DNA of 64,000 nucleotides from Octopus vulgaris (Eukaryota): NCBI GenBank assembly GCA_951406725.2, contig OX597832.1, positions 16,430,001 to 16,494,000 of the forward strand, read 5' to 3'. Shown piece by piece: positions 25,952 to 39,930 of this stretch (position 1 is its first letter; each line of letters starts with the position of its first letter). The notes under the pieces were generated by a model. It saw only the letters and a program-made list of their open reading frames with translations, ran no database searches and was not told where the DNA came from. The position numbers and the translations under genes were made by a program.

Positions 25952-28004
25952 ATAGAAAGAAAGAAAGAAAGAGAGAGATGGATGGTTCGATGGATGGTTA
26001 GATACGAATATTTATTATGGTAAATGAAAATAACAAAATCTTAATCAAATAATTGTTGAAAAATACCTAAAGTGCCACACATCACACAAAGAATACTAAA
26101 TACAGCTAACTAAAAAAAAAGCAGAAGCAGTCTATCCTATATACAAGTAGAGATAATTTAAAGCTATTTTCAGTCTAATGCTCTGCAATTGACTATGCAT
26201 TCATTATGTATGTACAGAAGATGTTAATGTAAAGTAGTAGTCTAATCTTCGACCTTTTCACAGACACCATCAGAAAAGCTTTAGCAGCAGAATTTATTTG
26301 ATACGCATGAAGTTGAGAATATATGTTATGTATATACATATATTACATATGTGAGTATATCAACGCATCGTTTGTGAATAAGAGAAAAATGCGCGAAATT
26401 AGCAAAATATGTGTTGACGTGTATTCTTAATTTTTTTGTGAATTCTTTATGCCATAATATGGCACTTTAGCTAGTTATTAAACAATACTATTAAGATTTT
26501 AACTTACCTTAATAAATATTCGTAACTGTCAATGCACCGATCCATCCATCTTTTTCTCAATCAATTGCTCTCTCTTCTTCGCTCTCTTCCACTATATTTT
26601 CCACTCTCTCTACCTCTCTCTGCCTCTCTCACATATGTAATATATGTATATACATAATATATATTCTCACCTTCATATGTATCAAATAAATTCTGACGAT
26701 AATATTAATGTTGCCCTTAACTGACTAAGCAGTTTCATTGACGGACGTACTTAATAATTGTGTCTCAAAGCAGGAATTGTAACTATTCAGAATTTCCCAG
26801 AATCATAGTAATATGATAGATATTCAAATCCTGATAAAATTTTGGTGGCAAAGCGGTGTTATGTACATAAAGGAAATGACAGCTACACCGATTCAGTAAC
26901 AAAATTAATATTCCATTAGTCCTCTAAAGACGTTTTTGTATGCAATATCAAAAGTGAATTATTACTCACGTTTTCGTATAATATAAACAGAATGAGATAT
27001 GGAGTTAGGTTTCCTTTGAGGAATTGGATTCTATAATAGTGGGTGATATGAAAGCCGTTGGAATAAATGTAAGTGATATTCGTATTCTACAGCATGGATT
27101 TCGTTCAAGTTCGTCCTCAGTATTGCCTTCCTATTTGCTACAATTGTCCGAGTGAACGTCCCTCCAAACTGTATGCATTCATCTTAATACTGTTCAATCA
27201 AGCACAATTTCCAGTTATTACATGCATTCTGGTATTCATTTGGATGCAATTTAGCTCTAGTTTGTTTATTAGTAACTTCAGGCAATGTAAATGCGTTGAA
27301 ACAGACAAATACACAAAGATCCTAAGTACGTTGTCGACTGTCATAACGAAGTTTCTCATACGTATGGTAACATTTATGTCAATATCGATATAATTTTCTT
27401 CGCTCTCTTTTCAAGCTGCTGCACTTTTGCAACCACCAGCTTAACTAGAAATGTCATGCTTTGATATTTAGCACGTTAATGTACCTAGGCAGATTTTGAC
27501 CTTCAATATATTGCACATAAATCTTCCTTAAGCACATTATAATCACCACGCAAAGGGGCACATTTTCTTCCCATATTTGATAGTTAAAGGGGCATATAGT
27601 TCAACAAAAGTATAGTCGCTAATACTCTGAATAAAAAGCAAAATTAACTATATCTACAACACAGCAATGCTTGAGTATATATACCCAACGCACATGGTAT
27701 ACTTCATTCTAATACACAAGTGCCTGTACAAAATATCGAACTAATTTGAAGAATGTATCAGGAAGATAGAAAAAAATAACATAAGCGTAAATGACAAAGA
27801 TTGCAAGATAAAGAATTGTAGCACTCTTTATCAAAATTAATGCAATGTAATACTAGTCATCAAAATTTAAAATTAGCCTTCATTTTATCAAGTAAAAAGA
27901 TAAAGATTATTTTAATTAAATTTCAGTCTACATCTTCGTTCACGCGCGGTGAAAGACACGCACATTTACACGTAAAACTTATTTATAACGTCATGCCTAC
28001 GTAA

Positions 28005-28072
<68 letters not shown>

Positions 28073-28210
28073 ATATCTATATATATATCTATCTATCTAT
28101 CTATCTACCTATCTATCTATCTATTTATCTATATACCTCTATCTCTATATATATATATCGATTTGTATATTTATATATATATATATACACATACAAACAC
28201 CCATACACAC

Positions 28211-28243
<33 letters not shown>

Positions 28244-28260
28244 CACATGCAAACGCACAT

Positions 28261-28324
<64 letters not shown>

Positions 28325-28351
28325 AAACGCACACACATATATATCGATGTG

Positions 28352-28396
<45 letters not shown>

Positions 28397-28417
28397 CAAA
28401 CACACATACACACACAT

Positions 28418-28460
<43 letters not shown>

Positions 28461-28471
28461 CAAACGCACAT

Positions 28472-28506
<35 letters not shown>

Positions 28507-29242
28507 CCGGGCTTCTTTCAGTTTCCCTCCCCCCAAGTCCACTCGCAATACTCTGGATGAATAACTAAACAATTAATGAACTTATTAGTTGTGTTATGTG
28601 CGTGTGTTCATTCTTTGGTGGCGTCTCAAAGGTTTAAGGTTAAATCAGTGTATTCTCAAATCCTTATGTTTGAAACAACGTGTTTAAATGTTTGACAACT
28701 CCATTGGACTGGGGGCGTTTTGCTCGTACATATATAAGTGTGTACATGTATGTAGACTGAATACTGAATAATATATATGTATATACAAATATACATATAA
28801 GCAAGAACATACATAAACACACACACAAAGGAAAATCAGCTCATGTAATATTTCTTTACAGAAGGAGAGATATTTATTTCTAATATATACAGACACACAC
28901 ACTCATCTGAATGCATATCTATTATATAAAACAAATGTATATATACATACTTGATCTTTCATTAGTTTTTGACTACGGCTGTTAAAAGAACTACGTAGAT
29001 CTTAGTTACAGTGAATTTTGTGTTTATGTGGATACGAGGCAAAATGTTTCAACCATCTATTGCGAGTATGGCACTACCAGGCGTGACTTACTCCTAACCC
29101 AATGATGACATTGATGCATCAAACTATTTTACTGCTTCACGATTTTTGATCAGCGCTGAAAAATATTGAATTTATAAACAGATATATAGCGCTGGACCCC
29201 TAATAAAACATAGGGTTTCCCTCTGCATGTATTCGTAAATCA

Positions 29243-29840
29243 ATATCGGCGTGGTGATTCTGATACGGCCTCAACTCCGAGCGATAGCATTCTGCAATAG
29301 CAAAATGCGTGAATCTGTCTTCATATTTATTATTATTATTATTATTATTAAGAAATTTAAAACAATAGAATAGACATTTGAACCTGCTTTCAGCAGGTTC
29401 ACAATTTAAATGTCAGTCTACTCCATTTTTGGTTATGACTATATAGGACGAAGGTAACTCCTCCAGGAGTTATACAGAATTATTATTATTATTATTGAGT
29501 CAGAGAGCAGTTCATGCCATCAAAGTGACACTGGGGTAAAATATACGAAGCCCAATATACCCATCATGACTACCCGTCTGATAAAGGTACACCAGGCACA
29601 TGCATCACAATCATTTTATGTGCGCGACATGGTGATCTCATATCAAGATAAACAGCACATGACCTTGCAATGGGGCCCAGTTAGAAAGATATCAGGTTAA
29701 CGCTGGCCCATCCCGCTAATAAAACGTAAGGTTTCCGTTTAAGGATGTTGAACAAAATCACCCATATCCCGCGGTGATTTGATACCCTCAACTTCGAGCG
29801 ATAGCATTCTGCAATAGCAAAATGCGTGAATCGGTCTTCA

Positions 29841-29850
<10 letters not shown>
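29243..29850 (+). mobile_element. Non-autonomous retroelement(s) embedded in (ATT)n tracts, with a duplicated ~85-bp 3' end
   Basis: cctcaact.cgagcgatagcattctgcaatagcaaaatgcgtgaatc.gtcttcatat(tta)n occurs at ~29269-29350 and ~29787-29910. The unit 29497-29845 is flanked by ATT runs. Confidence 0.7.
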
Positions 29851-29913
<63 letters not shown>

Positions 29914-29921
29914 ACAATTAC

Positions 29922-29981
<60 letters not shown>

Positions 29982-30058
29982 CCATTATTATTATTATTAC
30001 AATTATTATTTATTATTATTATTATTATCATTATTATTATTATTATTAGTAGTAGTAG

Positions 30059-30119
<61 letters not shown>

Positions 30120-30127
30120 CATTATTA

Positions 30128-30159
<32 letters not shown>

Positions 30160-30160
30160 T
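29845..30160. repeat. (ATT)n microsatellite
   Basis: Direct read. Confidence 0.97.
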
Positions 30161-31314
30161 TCGTGGCGGTAGTGGTAGTAGTAGCATTATTGTTTTTGCT
30201 GTTTTCTCAAACATATAACAACGTTGCTGTTGCGCATTACTATTGTTTGATATATTACCCAGTTCTAATATTAATTATTTATATGTAATAATGTATTATA
30301 AATATATAATACACATAAGAACATATTCTGTGCCTAATCTAGGGACTCGAAATTAGAAAAAAAACATAAATGTAATATAGTCAATATATGAACAGAGATT
30401 CCGGTGCCAGAAAATGTATGATAAGACATTAGGTAAATTTCATTAAAGCAATATTTTAAATTCCTGTTGTAACACTTAAATGCAATTACGTAATATTACT
30501 GTTTTCAACTTTAAACTTAATTCTTCACAACATGGCAGCTTCAGAAAACACTACAAGTTCCTTAAGTTAAATGGCATTAGTAACTAGTGGTTAAATGGCA
30601 TTAGTAATCATTAGTAATTAGTGGCTTCAATTTTGCTATATGCTTGAGTGCTCTTTCTTCGGTACCTCGTCGGCTATTAATCATTTCAACCATTTCATCA
30701 CCTATACTCTATAGAATATATCTGTAATCCTCATACATACATGGTTTGGACAGCTCGCTAGTTTTATGATGACGTCATTTCTGTTTTTTCTTTTCTTTTT
30801 GTGCTGATTGTGTTCCATTAATATATGGTTATATATGCGATATTTTTTCAATTGTTATATATTTTGATACTTTTTATATTACCTTAAAATGGTCTATCTT
30901 TTAGCATACATCGCATCACTTCTGCATGTTTCCATATGAATTATTTGCTATAATATAATATTTTAATGCATTTGTATCCCGATGATTTGTATTCACATAT
31001 AATACATATTTAGTCCATATATTCTACCTCAATTTCCCATGCTTTTACGTGCTTTTAAGAATATCTGAATTGTATTTGAATATAATATAATATGATAGAA
31101 TATTTGGATGTAATGTCGTGCATATCACTTTTACTTCTGTAATTAACATAATTTGAAAATATCCTTAAAGTTCTTCTTTCCGTGAAGTTCTGCAAATATT
31201 CATCGTTAGTATGCATTCTAAGCTCACTTTCAATAGTATCAAATGCAGCACTCACCAGAGAAGATCGTGTAGATATTCAAAATTAGAATGTTCTCTAAAC
31301 ATTTTACTAAAATA

Positions 31315-31403
31315 GGCGCAGGAGTGGCTGTGTGGTAAGTAGCTTGCTAAACAACCGCATGGTTCCGGTAGACGGAAACAGAAAGAAGCCTGTCGTATAT
31401 ATC

Positions 31404-31474
<71 letters not shown>

Positions 31475-31686
31475 TTATGTGTCTGTGTTTGTCCACCTAG
31501 CATTGCTTGACAACCGATGCTGGTGTGTTTACGTCCCCGTCACTTAGCGGTTCGGCAAAAGAGAGTGATAGAATAAGTACTGGGCTTACAAAGATTAAGT
31601 CCCTGGGTCGATTTGCTCGACTAAAGGCGGTGCTCCAGCATGGCCGCAGTCAAATGACTGAAACAAGTAAAAGAGTAAAAGAGTAA
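31315..31686 (+). mobile_element. Family A SINE with internal deletion
   Basis: Head ggcgcaggagtggctgtgtggtaag is joined at ggttccgg to gtagacggaaac, deleting ~75 bp. The 3' end and tail are intact. Confidence 0.92.
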
Positions 31687-32596
31687 ATAGTAATTCTACC
31701 TGGTACATGTCATTCAACGCTTAACTGTGTGACTTCATTTGCAGTACTACAGGATATATCATCCAACTGCTTTCTGTTTTTCACTCTATTACTTTCGTAT
31801 TCGTTCATTATTTCTTTTCTTTTAGGTCTTGGACACTAAATTTAATGGCGTTTCACACCGAATATTTACTATTTTTTCTAGAGATTTAATTCTAAATTTC
31901 ATTAGGAAATATTTTAGTCTATTACCTTTAATATCTCACACGATTCTTCATTCCCAACTATATAGAGCATCGATATCATCTGTTATAGTTTTCTAAGCAA
32001 CATAATTGAATTTCCACCTACGTACATTTCCCTTTCTTCCTTTATTATTCATTCTTGTTCCGTCAGTTTTCTATGATTAATATTTTCCCCCAAGATTTTT
32101 TATCTCTTATATATCGTTACTCACATTCATTTATACAGTATTGTCTAATTTTCACCCCCTAATATATATACCTTATAAATGTAGAAATAAGATTTCTTTT
32201 TATTTTCATGCCTTTTATCCCGTCGATTTAACGCATTCATAATTAATTGTCCAACCTTATCTATAAGCAGCATTTCATTTGTGTTTCCTCATGTGCGTTC
32301 TGTAATTCCCAGTGAGAACCTCTTTGTTTACCAAATCGTTGTTCGGTTTACCCCTTATTCTATTGGAATTTTATACAGCTGTTGCTCTGTAGACGATAAT
32401 ACTTGTTCCTTATCACTCCTGGTTTGTCTTCAAATCCGTCACTCAAAACTACTCAATAACTTTATTGCTTTCGATACAAGAGGATTAAATAGCTAAAGCA
32501 CTAATTATTGAATTGGCTGTTGCATTTGCTTAATATGATATCATGCTGAAATTTCATAATGTTTCAGCAATCTCTGTTTATTCTTTTCTCATTTTC

Positions 32597-32854
32597 CTAA
32601 TGCTCATTTTGTCCCCTTATCTTACTGATCACCGGATGGGAACGTGAGACACTGATATATGTTGTGGTGTATGTGTTTATCCCTGCAAATGGCTCCAATG
32701 TAATACATGCCAAACAAATATTGTTCACGTCAAATCTATTAGATTTATCATTATCAAAATTGCAAACCCCTTCGGCCTGGCCTGGAATTATATAAGAAGC
32801 AACGTCGTAGACTATAAAGAAATTCATCAATATTAAGATCAATCTGCAGCACAT
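32597..32854 (-). CDS. Candidate small secreted Cys-containing peptide ORF (unverified)
   Basis: 85-aa non-repetitive ORF with a hydrophobic N-terminus (MCCRLILILMNFFIVYDVAS) followed by GVCNFD..NNICLAC. I recognise no homolog. Confidence 0.2.
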   Translation of the reverse strand: MCCRLILILMNFFIVYDVASYIIPGQAEGVCNFDNDKSNRFDVNNICLACITLEPFAGINTYTTTYISVSRSHPVISKIRGQNEH

Positions 32855-33404
32855 GCTTTGAAGGTTATGTTATATGTATGTATTATATTAAATATTTAGC
32901 TATATTTAATATAAAACGATCTTATCTGCCCCAGGGTGGTGAAGTTAGAACGCATTATTAGCTCAATTATAACTTACACTGAACAATTCAGAAATATTTG
33001 ATGCAGGAATAACTCTGCGATACCTGTTGTAACTAATCACGTGTATTAACACTCGAGCATGGGTTACGAAAATAATTAAATAACACTTCATCATTAGTTT
33101 AAATCAGTGTAGAATCACAGTTTGGTTTGGTTACACATCATACATATCTTTAAACCCCATAAGCGATCAAATTAAATTGTATTATGTATACAAATGATTT
33201 GTAGTTTTCAGTTGGATTTTTTTAACTAGAGGGGAACGTTTATTTTTTACGACAGCAAAAATTGGAAAAGATCGTAGTTAACGATACCTCCTTATTGTGT
33301 TTATTCAGACTTGGCATCTTGGTGATATCTTTGTGCAAGAATATCACCGTAGTGATACTAACCTTCAATAGTATACATGTTATATAAATATATGTGTGTA
33401 GGAT

Positions 33405-33555
33405 GGTAGACGCTGAAAATATCCTGGCTCTAAAGGTACCCGGAAAGGTAGCTCGGAAGCTTGACGTTTCAAGTTAATTTACAAGGTTTAGAAAGACTCA
33501 GGGGCCGTTGGAGTAAGTGTGTGAAACTGAGAGGATATTATGTTGAATACACTCG
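33405..33555 (+). mobile_element. Short mariner remnant
   Basis: GLERLRGRWSKCVKLRGYYVEY matches a mariner transposase C-terminus. Confidence 0.7.
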
Positions 33556-33814
33556 TAGATATGTGTGTGTGTGTGTGTGTGTGTGTGCGTTTCTGTGCGC
33601 ATTTGTGTGTGTATGTGTGCGCGTGTCTCCATGTGAGAATGTTTATTACTTTCAATATTATTTTGTACTGATATTTTGTTAGATATTGGCAGCACAAACT
33701 TCAAAATTGCTCATATTTTTCGCGTGAATATAGATTTTGACTATTCATATCAATTTTCTGCACAAATACAAGCGAGGTGAATTTTTCATCACTGGGAAAA
33801 AGTTGTTGATATAG

Positions 33815-33885
<71 letters not shown>

Positions 33886-33887
<2 letters not shown>

Positions 33888-34039
33888 CGCAGCAGTAGCT
33901 GTGTGGTAAGTAGCTTGTTTACCAACCACATGGTTCCGGGTTCAGTCCCACAGCGTGGCACCTTGGGAAAGTGTCTTCTACTATAGCCTCGGGCCGACCA
34001 AAGCCTTGTGAGTGGATTTGGTAGACGGAAACCGTCGTA

Positions 34040-34086
<47 letters not shown>

Positions 34087-34327
34087 ATGTGTGTGTGTGT
34101 GTGTGTTCGTGTGTCTGTGTTTGGCCCCTTAGCATTGCTTGACAACCGATGCTGGTGTGTTTATGTCCCCGTTACTTAGCGGTTCGGCATAAGAAACCGA
34201 TAGAATAAGTACTGGGCTTACAAAAGAATAAGTCCTGGAGTCGAGATGCTCGATTAAAGGCGGTGCTCCAGCATGGCCGCAGTCAAATGACTGAAACAAG
34301 TAAAAGAATAAAAAGAGTAAAGAGTAA
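33886..34327 (+). mobile_element. Family A SINE, near full length
   Basis: tRNA-like head with ggttcagtccc, ggcaccttggg CORE-like block, internal microsatellite and taaaagag tail. Confidence 0.93.
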
Positions 34328-34370
34328 AGTGTATATATTTGCATTGAGAATCCCTTCCCACCGCCAACCA

Positions 34371-34428
34371 GTGGTAGTCACACGCTGATGACGGGTCAAT
34401 ACCAGAGGCTCGGGTCAGTGTGTATCAC
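34371..34428 (+). ncRNA. Decayed type I hammerhead ribozyme
   Basis: GTGGTAgtCACACg-CTGATGA-cgGGTcaatACCa-GAGG-ctcgg-GTC-aGTGTGTATCAC. Stem I is well paired, but GAAA reads GAGG. Confidence 0.6.
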
Positions 34429-34635
34429 GTCAAACTGGAGATGGGAAACATGACTTCTCTTTGCAAATACTGATAGGGTACAGAAATTGTGTCAATAGCC
34501 AAATGAAGGAGGTGTCTTTCTGGGTCAACAAACTACATTAGCCTCAACCCTTCAGCGTTAGCCACATTTAGGTGGCGAATATACGTCATGCTGTTTATAC
34601 TTCGCTCAGAGATTTATCATATATATAGAGAGAGA

Positions 34636-34955
34636 GAGATTCCGATGAATATGGCACTTAAGTTGAGGCACCAGAATTTAATAAGGTACTATATATACAA
34701 TTTGAAAGTAAGGGGATTAAAATCAAAATAAGCAACAACGATATCCAGAGTTAATGTAGTACGATCGTTTCATGCAAATCCATTTAACTGGAAGAGTGCA
34801 ATTATTACATCAATTTAAAACGTAGAGCAATCTTCATCTGCACAAAAATATAAAATTTAATGAAAATAGAATGGATGGACACATTAGTGTAATTATACCT
34901 AAAATCTCCAAGACGTTAAGGAGATAGACAAAGGACATGTCTCTACTTAAGCAGA
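34636..34955 (-). mobile_element. Penelope-like terminal repeat with decayed hammerhead; second copy at 52075-52300
   Basis: Minus strand CAGATGA (34834-34840) ... GAAA-CGATCG-TA (34760-34771) with palindromic stem III. The block cttaagttgaggc.ccagaat is shared with ~52095. Confidence 0.55.
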
Positions 34956-35139
34956 GAAGTTACTAAAATTATCAAGAAGACTCTGTCTGCTGCTGAGTTT
35001 TTGTCTTTATGTGGTCAGTTTCAATTTATAGACTAGTTTATCAAATCCCTTATATATCTAAGGCTGAGTGAACAGAGGGTAGTACTGTTAGAGATAAGAC
35101 TGAGTGAGTAGACAGACATTATAGTTGGTATACGACCCA

Positions 35140-35265
35140 GTGGTATTAGGGATCATGATACATTCGTGTACTCTATGAGTAAGACTTACCCCTTTTGAAC
35201 TGCATAATCTACATTGGGAATCTACTTGGTTTTCGCCTGTCTGGGTTTGATTGTCTATTAAGACA
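35140..35265 (-). mobile_element. R4/Dong-like LINE fragment (CCHC knuckle) next to an (AAT)n tract
   Basis: DSQCRLCSSKGVSLTHRVHEC fits the C-x2-C-x8-H-x4-C knuckle of RLE-type elements. Confidence 0.6.
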
Positions 35266-35348
35266 CTATTATTATTATTATTATTATTGTTACTATTATT
35301 ATTGTTATAACTATTTTTATTAACATTATTATAAATATTATTATTTAA

Positions 35349-35411
<63 letters not shown>

Positions 35412-35880
35412 CATTATTATTATTATTATTAATGTTATCATTATTATTGTTATTAATAATATTAATATTTACTCAGGTTTTATCGCTGTTGTTATTATTA
35501 CTATTTAAAATATAACAAGATATCAGATTTTTCACCGAACGCGAAACATATAGAATCACGTAGTCTAAGTATATCGTCTTTTTAATGTGTCTAGTTTTCC
35601 TGAAATGTCTATGTGACATTTATAAAATGAAAAAGGGGGAGCATTTCCACGCAGGGAACAATATAGACAATTTCTTGTTGAAAATGAACCTTTATTTAAA
35701 ACAAAGTTACCCTCATAACATTTAAACTTATCAACATCGAAATGTTTGAAGATGTTTTACTAATTCATAATTCTAAATTTTTACAATTGATAGACGAAAA
35801 ATATTTTGTTAACTAGTTTAGTATATATGTAAATATATTTATTTCCAGCAATTACAAGTTTTTCCAACTCATGGCATTTT

Positions 35881-36000
<120 letters not shown>

Positions 36001-36485
36001 ATATATAGGGCATTTTACAAGCTTCATACATGTGAATGATTCCATGCTGGAGCGCGGTTTCAGTCAAAGCTATGGACCCCAGGACTTCTTCATTGTAGGC
36101 CTAGTACTTACTCTAAATTTCAACACATCAACATCGGTTTCAAGTGAGGGTGGGTGAAGACACGCAGACAGAAAGACACGCACATATAAATTGTATGTAC
36201 GTAAATACATAAAATACAGTCTTCTTTCATTTTCCGTTCCCCAAATCAATTCATGAGGCGAAGGGCGTCTCAAGACTATAGTAGAAGGCACTTAACTGAG
36301 GCACTTAACAGTGGGACTGGATCGAGAACCATGTTGATGGAAAGCAGTCTTCTTACCGCATATATATTTAGATAGATAGATAGATACATACATACATACA
36401 TGCATGCATACATACATACATACATAAATACATATATACATGCATACATACACAGATATATATATATGTGTATATATATATATAT

Positions 36486-36535
<50 letters not shown>

Positions 36536-37444
36536 GATAGATGGATAGATAGATAGACAGAGAGAGAGATACATACATAATGAGAGAGAAAAATGATTGA
36601 TGTATATATATATATATATATATGTGTGTGGGTGTGTGTACAAATATGTGAATACATATGCGTATTTGCTGTATTATCTATATCTACAAGTATATGTATG
36701 GGTGTGTGCTTGTGTGTCTCTGTGCGAAAGTGTAGTGTCTTTAGGGAGATTGTCGTATTTATGTTTGAGTCCACGCATGAGTGAATGCGTAGATGTGTGA
36801 GGACAACTTATTGTATATAACATTTTGAAAGCATAACTCTTATTGAAAAAGCTAAAACCAGTTTTGCAGTATTTAATTTTCCTTTCGGCTATTCAATTTT
36901 ACGTATTCTATTTTTTATTATTCCATTAATATTTCCTCGCAATCTTTACAATAATGGTTGCCATTTGATTGTTCAGCAGTTATTCTCAAGAACTGTAGTA
37001 CAGTCAGAAATATTATTATAGCCTGTGTATATATAATTCTGTTTTCCACTTTCGCGCTTCGATATTCTGTAATTCAATATAGTCGCGTGCTGAAATGAAA
37101 TAACGTCTGTTAGTTAATGTATCCGCTGATATAGTTGTTATGGCAATAGGTATTTAGCCCAAAGTCAACCTTATATTAATCAAATACATAATCAATGGCG
37201 AGGTAGTTTCTTGATTTTCATAACTTTGATATTAGTGCGATGTATGGATCTCCGTATTTCTTGCAAGTTTACCAAACGCGTATATCTTACGCAGTAAGCG
37301 ATTATGTATTCAGAGACGTTGGGTTTCATTTTGTGAAGAATTACTTTTTTTGTGTCATATTCATATTGGCTTTTTGTTCTTCTTTCTAGGTCTCGGTGAG
37401 ATGGTTATTTTTAGCGCTATATGTATTTCTTAATTACTGACAGG

Positions 37445-37825
37445 TAGCTAAATATAGAGGGGACAAACAAGAACAAAGATATTAAGTCGATTACCTCGAT
37501 CCCAGTGCACAACTGGTACCTCTTTCATTGACCCCGAAAGAAGGAAAGGCAAAAATCGACCTTGACGTAAATTGAACTCAGAACGTGACGGCAGACGAAA
37601 TAACTATTTCTTTACTACCCACAAGAGGCTAAACACAAAGAGGACAAACAAGGACAGACAAACGGATTAAGTCGATCATATCGACCCCAGTGCGTAACTG
37701 GTACTTATTTAATCGACCCCGAAATAATGAAAGGCAAAGTCGACCTCGGCGGAATTTGAACTCAGAACGTAGCGGTAGACGAAATACCGTTAGGTAATAC
37801 TGTGTGCTAAAGATTCTTCCAGCAC
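37445..37825 (-). mobile_element. Family B SINE, two tandem body units
   Basis: Two copies of gtcga...cccagtgc..aactggtac...gaccccgaaa...gaactcagaacgt. Confidence 0.85.
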
Positions 37826-38024
37826 GATGCTTTATTTTCGAATGCATATTCCACTATCAGCAGGCCATATACTCAGTGCCGTCTCTACTTCTGTTTTTAC
37901 TTTCATCAGCATTGTATTTTAATTTGAATTTTATCTCAGTTACCTCTCTTTAGGTTTACTTTTGAGTTTATCCTGCTGCACCACAAAATGTACTATCTGC
38001 TTTCCTATAGCTTTCTATGATTTT

Positions 38025-38470
38025 ACTTTAGACTTCGACCATGCTGGTACGATGCGACGTTTTCAAGGGTTTAGTCGAACCCAGTTTTTTTTTTGTAACT
38101 CTGGCTGTTATTCCGTTGGTATATTTTGCAAATCCATGAAACTAGGGTGACATAAAGACAATAAAAATAGTTGGTTGGAGGACAATCATGAACACGCGCA
38201 TTCAAACCATACTATACAGGCACGGAAACACACAAACACACACACACACACATACACACATACACATTCAAATGCACACATACACACAGACAAACATACT
38301 TACACACGCACAATATGCTACGCCTAAATTTCTTCCCCCAAATACTCCCACAAGACTGGTCGACCGCTGTCATCGTTGAAGACACCCGCGCAAGATTCTA
38401 CTCAATGGAAAAGAATCAGAGCTATGTAGCTGAATAGCAACACTCTTACCAAGGCGCCACGCATGCGCCA
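38025..38470 (-). mobile_element. Degenerate family A SINE
   Basis: gaccatgctgg, ttagtcgaac, internal (CA)n, cacaagactggtcgacc and cttaccaaggcgccacgcatgcgcc. Confidence 0.6.
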
Positions 38471-39199
38471 ATGGTTATAATATTTATTCCAATGCTAGCA
38501 GGATGTAGGTTATAAATTTTCAGTTTATTACATTTTCATTACAGTAACTGATTACAAATGACTATGCGATGAAATGAATATAACAAATTAAACGTAATAA
38601 AAAAATTGCAACCACAACGACTATCACTGTATCTTCCTTATAGTTTTTATACGTCCGACTTCATTTTTATCAAATTCATCAATAACTGTTTACCTCTACT
38701 TCTTCTACAGAGATAATTGTTGAACACCAATTTCTATAATATAATCCAGATTGTTCCTAGCCGCAAAGGCAGTCGACGGAGAATCATTCATTACCAGACT
38801 ACCTAATGGACGCGTAAAAACCTAAATAAACAGATACATATTCATAGACATTTAGCTTCCTTCAGTGGAATTATTTTCGGTAGTGTTTGCAAAAGGGATA
38901 GATATCAATTTTAATTAATACCTCGCCAGGATACCCCTCTACAATCGACTCTAATCCAACATTTGGTGAGTAATGAATCAATAGAAATAATACCCCAAAG
39001 GAATATGTATTTCATAACATCATATCGGGATAGGACATTAGATCCTCATTTAAAAATAGAAGGAATATAAGATCCTGTTTTCAGTTGCATTAATTTTGTT
39101 AAACTTGGGGAACCAAGAGAAGGAAGCGAAAAGTCTATCATTGCCAGGACATAGTGCCTGATGTTTATAAATAACAAAACACGTTATTTCTATATCTAT

Positions 39200-39520
39200 T
39201 CCATAAAGATAAAATCGGTTTTCACCATTTGTATTCTTGTATTGACTGCATTTATATTATAAGACACTGTACTCTCATAGAAAAAATATATAAAGAGATG
39301 TCTCTTAAACAATATCAAACTTTTAAGCTACAGCGACGTATAGAATCAGAGTGAATGACCGCACACAAGACTGGCATCCGGATATACATTACATTCTTCA
39401 ATGAAACTAAAAAGTATGTCAGACATCTTCTTCAGTGTGTGTCTTCACTATGGAAAACCATTTGTCTCATGGACGTACACATTGAATCGATTACAATATC
39501 CACAAGACAGTATGTTGCCA
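39200..39520 (+). mobile_element. Possible Penelope GIY-YIG endonuclease relic
   Basis: CIYIIRHCTLIEKIYKE..RMTAHKTGIR..VRHLLQC weakly resembles the GIY-YIG region. Confidence 0.3.
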
Positions 39521-39690
39521 ATTTGCCAATCAGCGTTAAATTGTAATTCATGGAATAAATATTTATGACAATATTGGAATCTACAAAGTCACTGGTTATA
39601 AAATGTTTAGAAAAAACGTTTGTGAGTGTCTGTGTGTTTGTGTTTGTATGTTTCTATGCGCACGCGTGTCTGTGGATATATGTATATATA

Positions 39691-39751
<61 letters not shown>

Positions 39752-39817
39752 GTGTGTGTGTGTATGTATATATGCGTATAACTATAAATACATGTATATA
39801 TATATAGATATATATAT

Positions 39818-39930
39818 ATTAGGTTGGCAAGTAAGTTCCCTAAGAACTTTTTTTAAATTTAAATTTTTTAAAAGATTTGATAAAAAATAACAACTAATTA
39901 ATCAATAATTTATTCACCCTTGTTGTTCCG
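39818..39930 (-). mobile_element. Mariner terminal fragment
   Basis: ta-ttaggttggc TIR-like end and minus NNKGE*IID* resembling the transposase C-terminus. Confidence 0.5.

Noticed and set aside
25499-27600. ORFs 25499-25813 and 27073-27393 as host exons
   Set aside because: No recognisable domain or splice pattern. At most faint hAT-like remnants that I cannot support.
31760-32560. Penelope RT relic (DDIDALY-like)
   Set aside because: The similarity is too fragmentary to call without a profile search.
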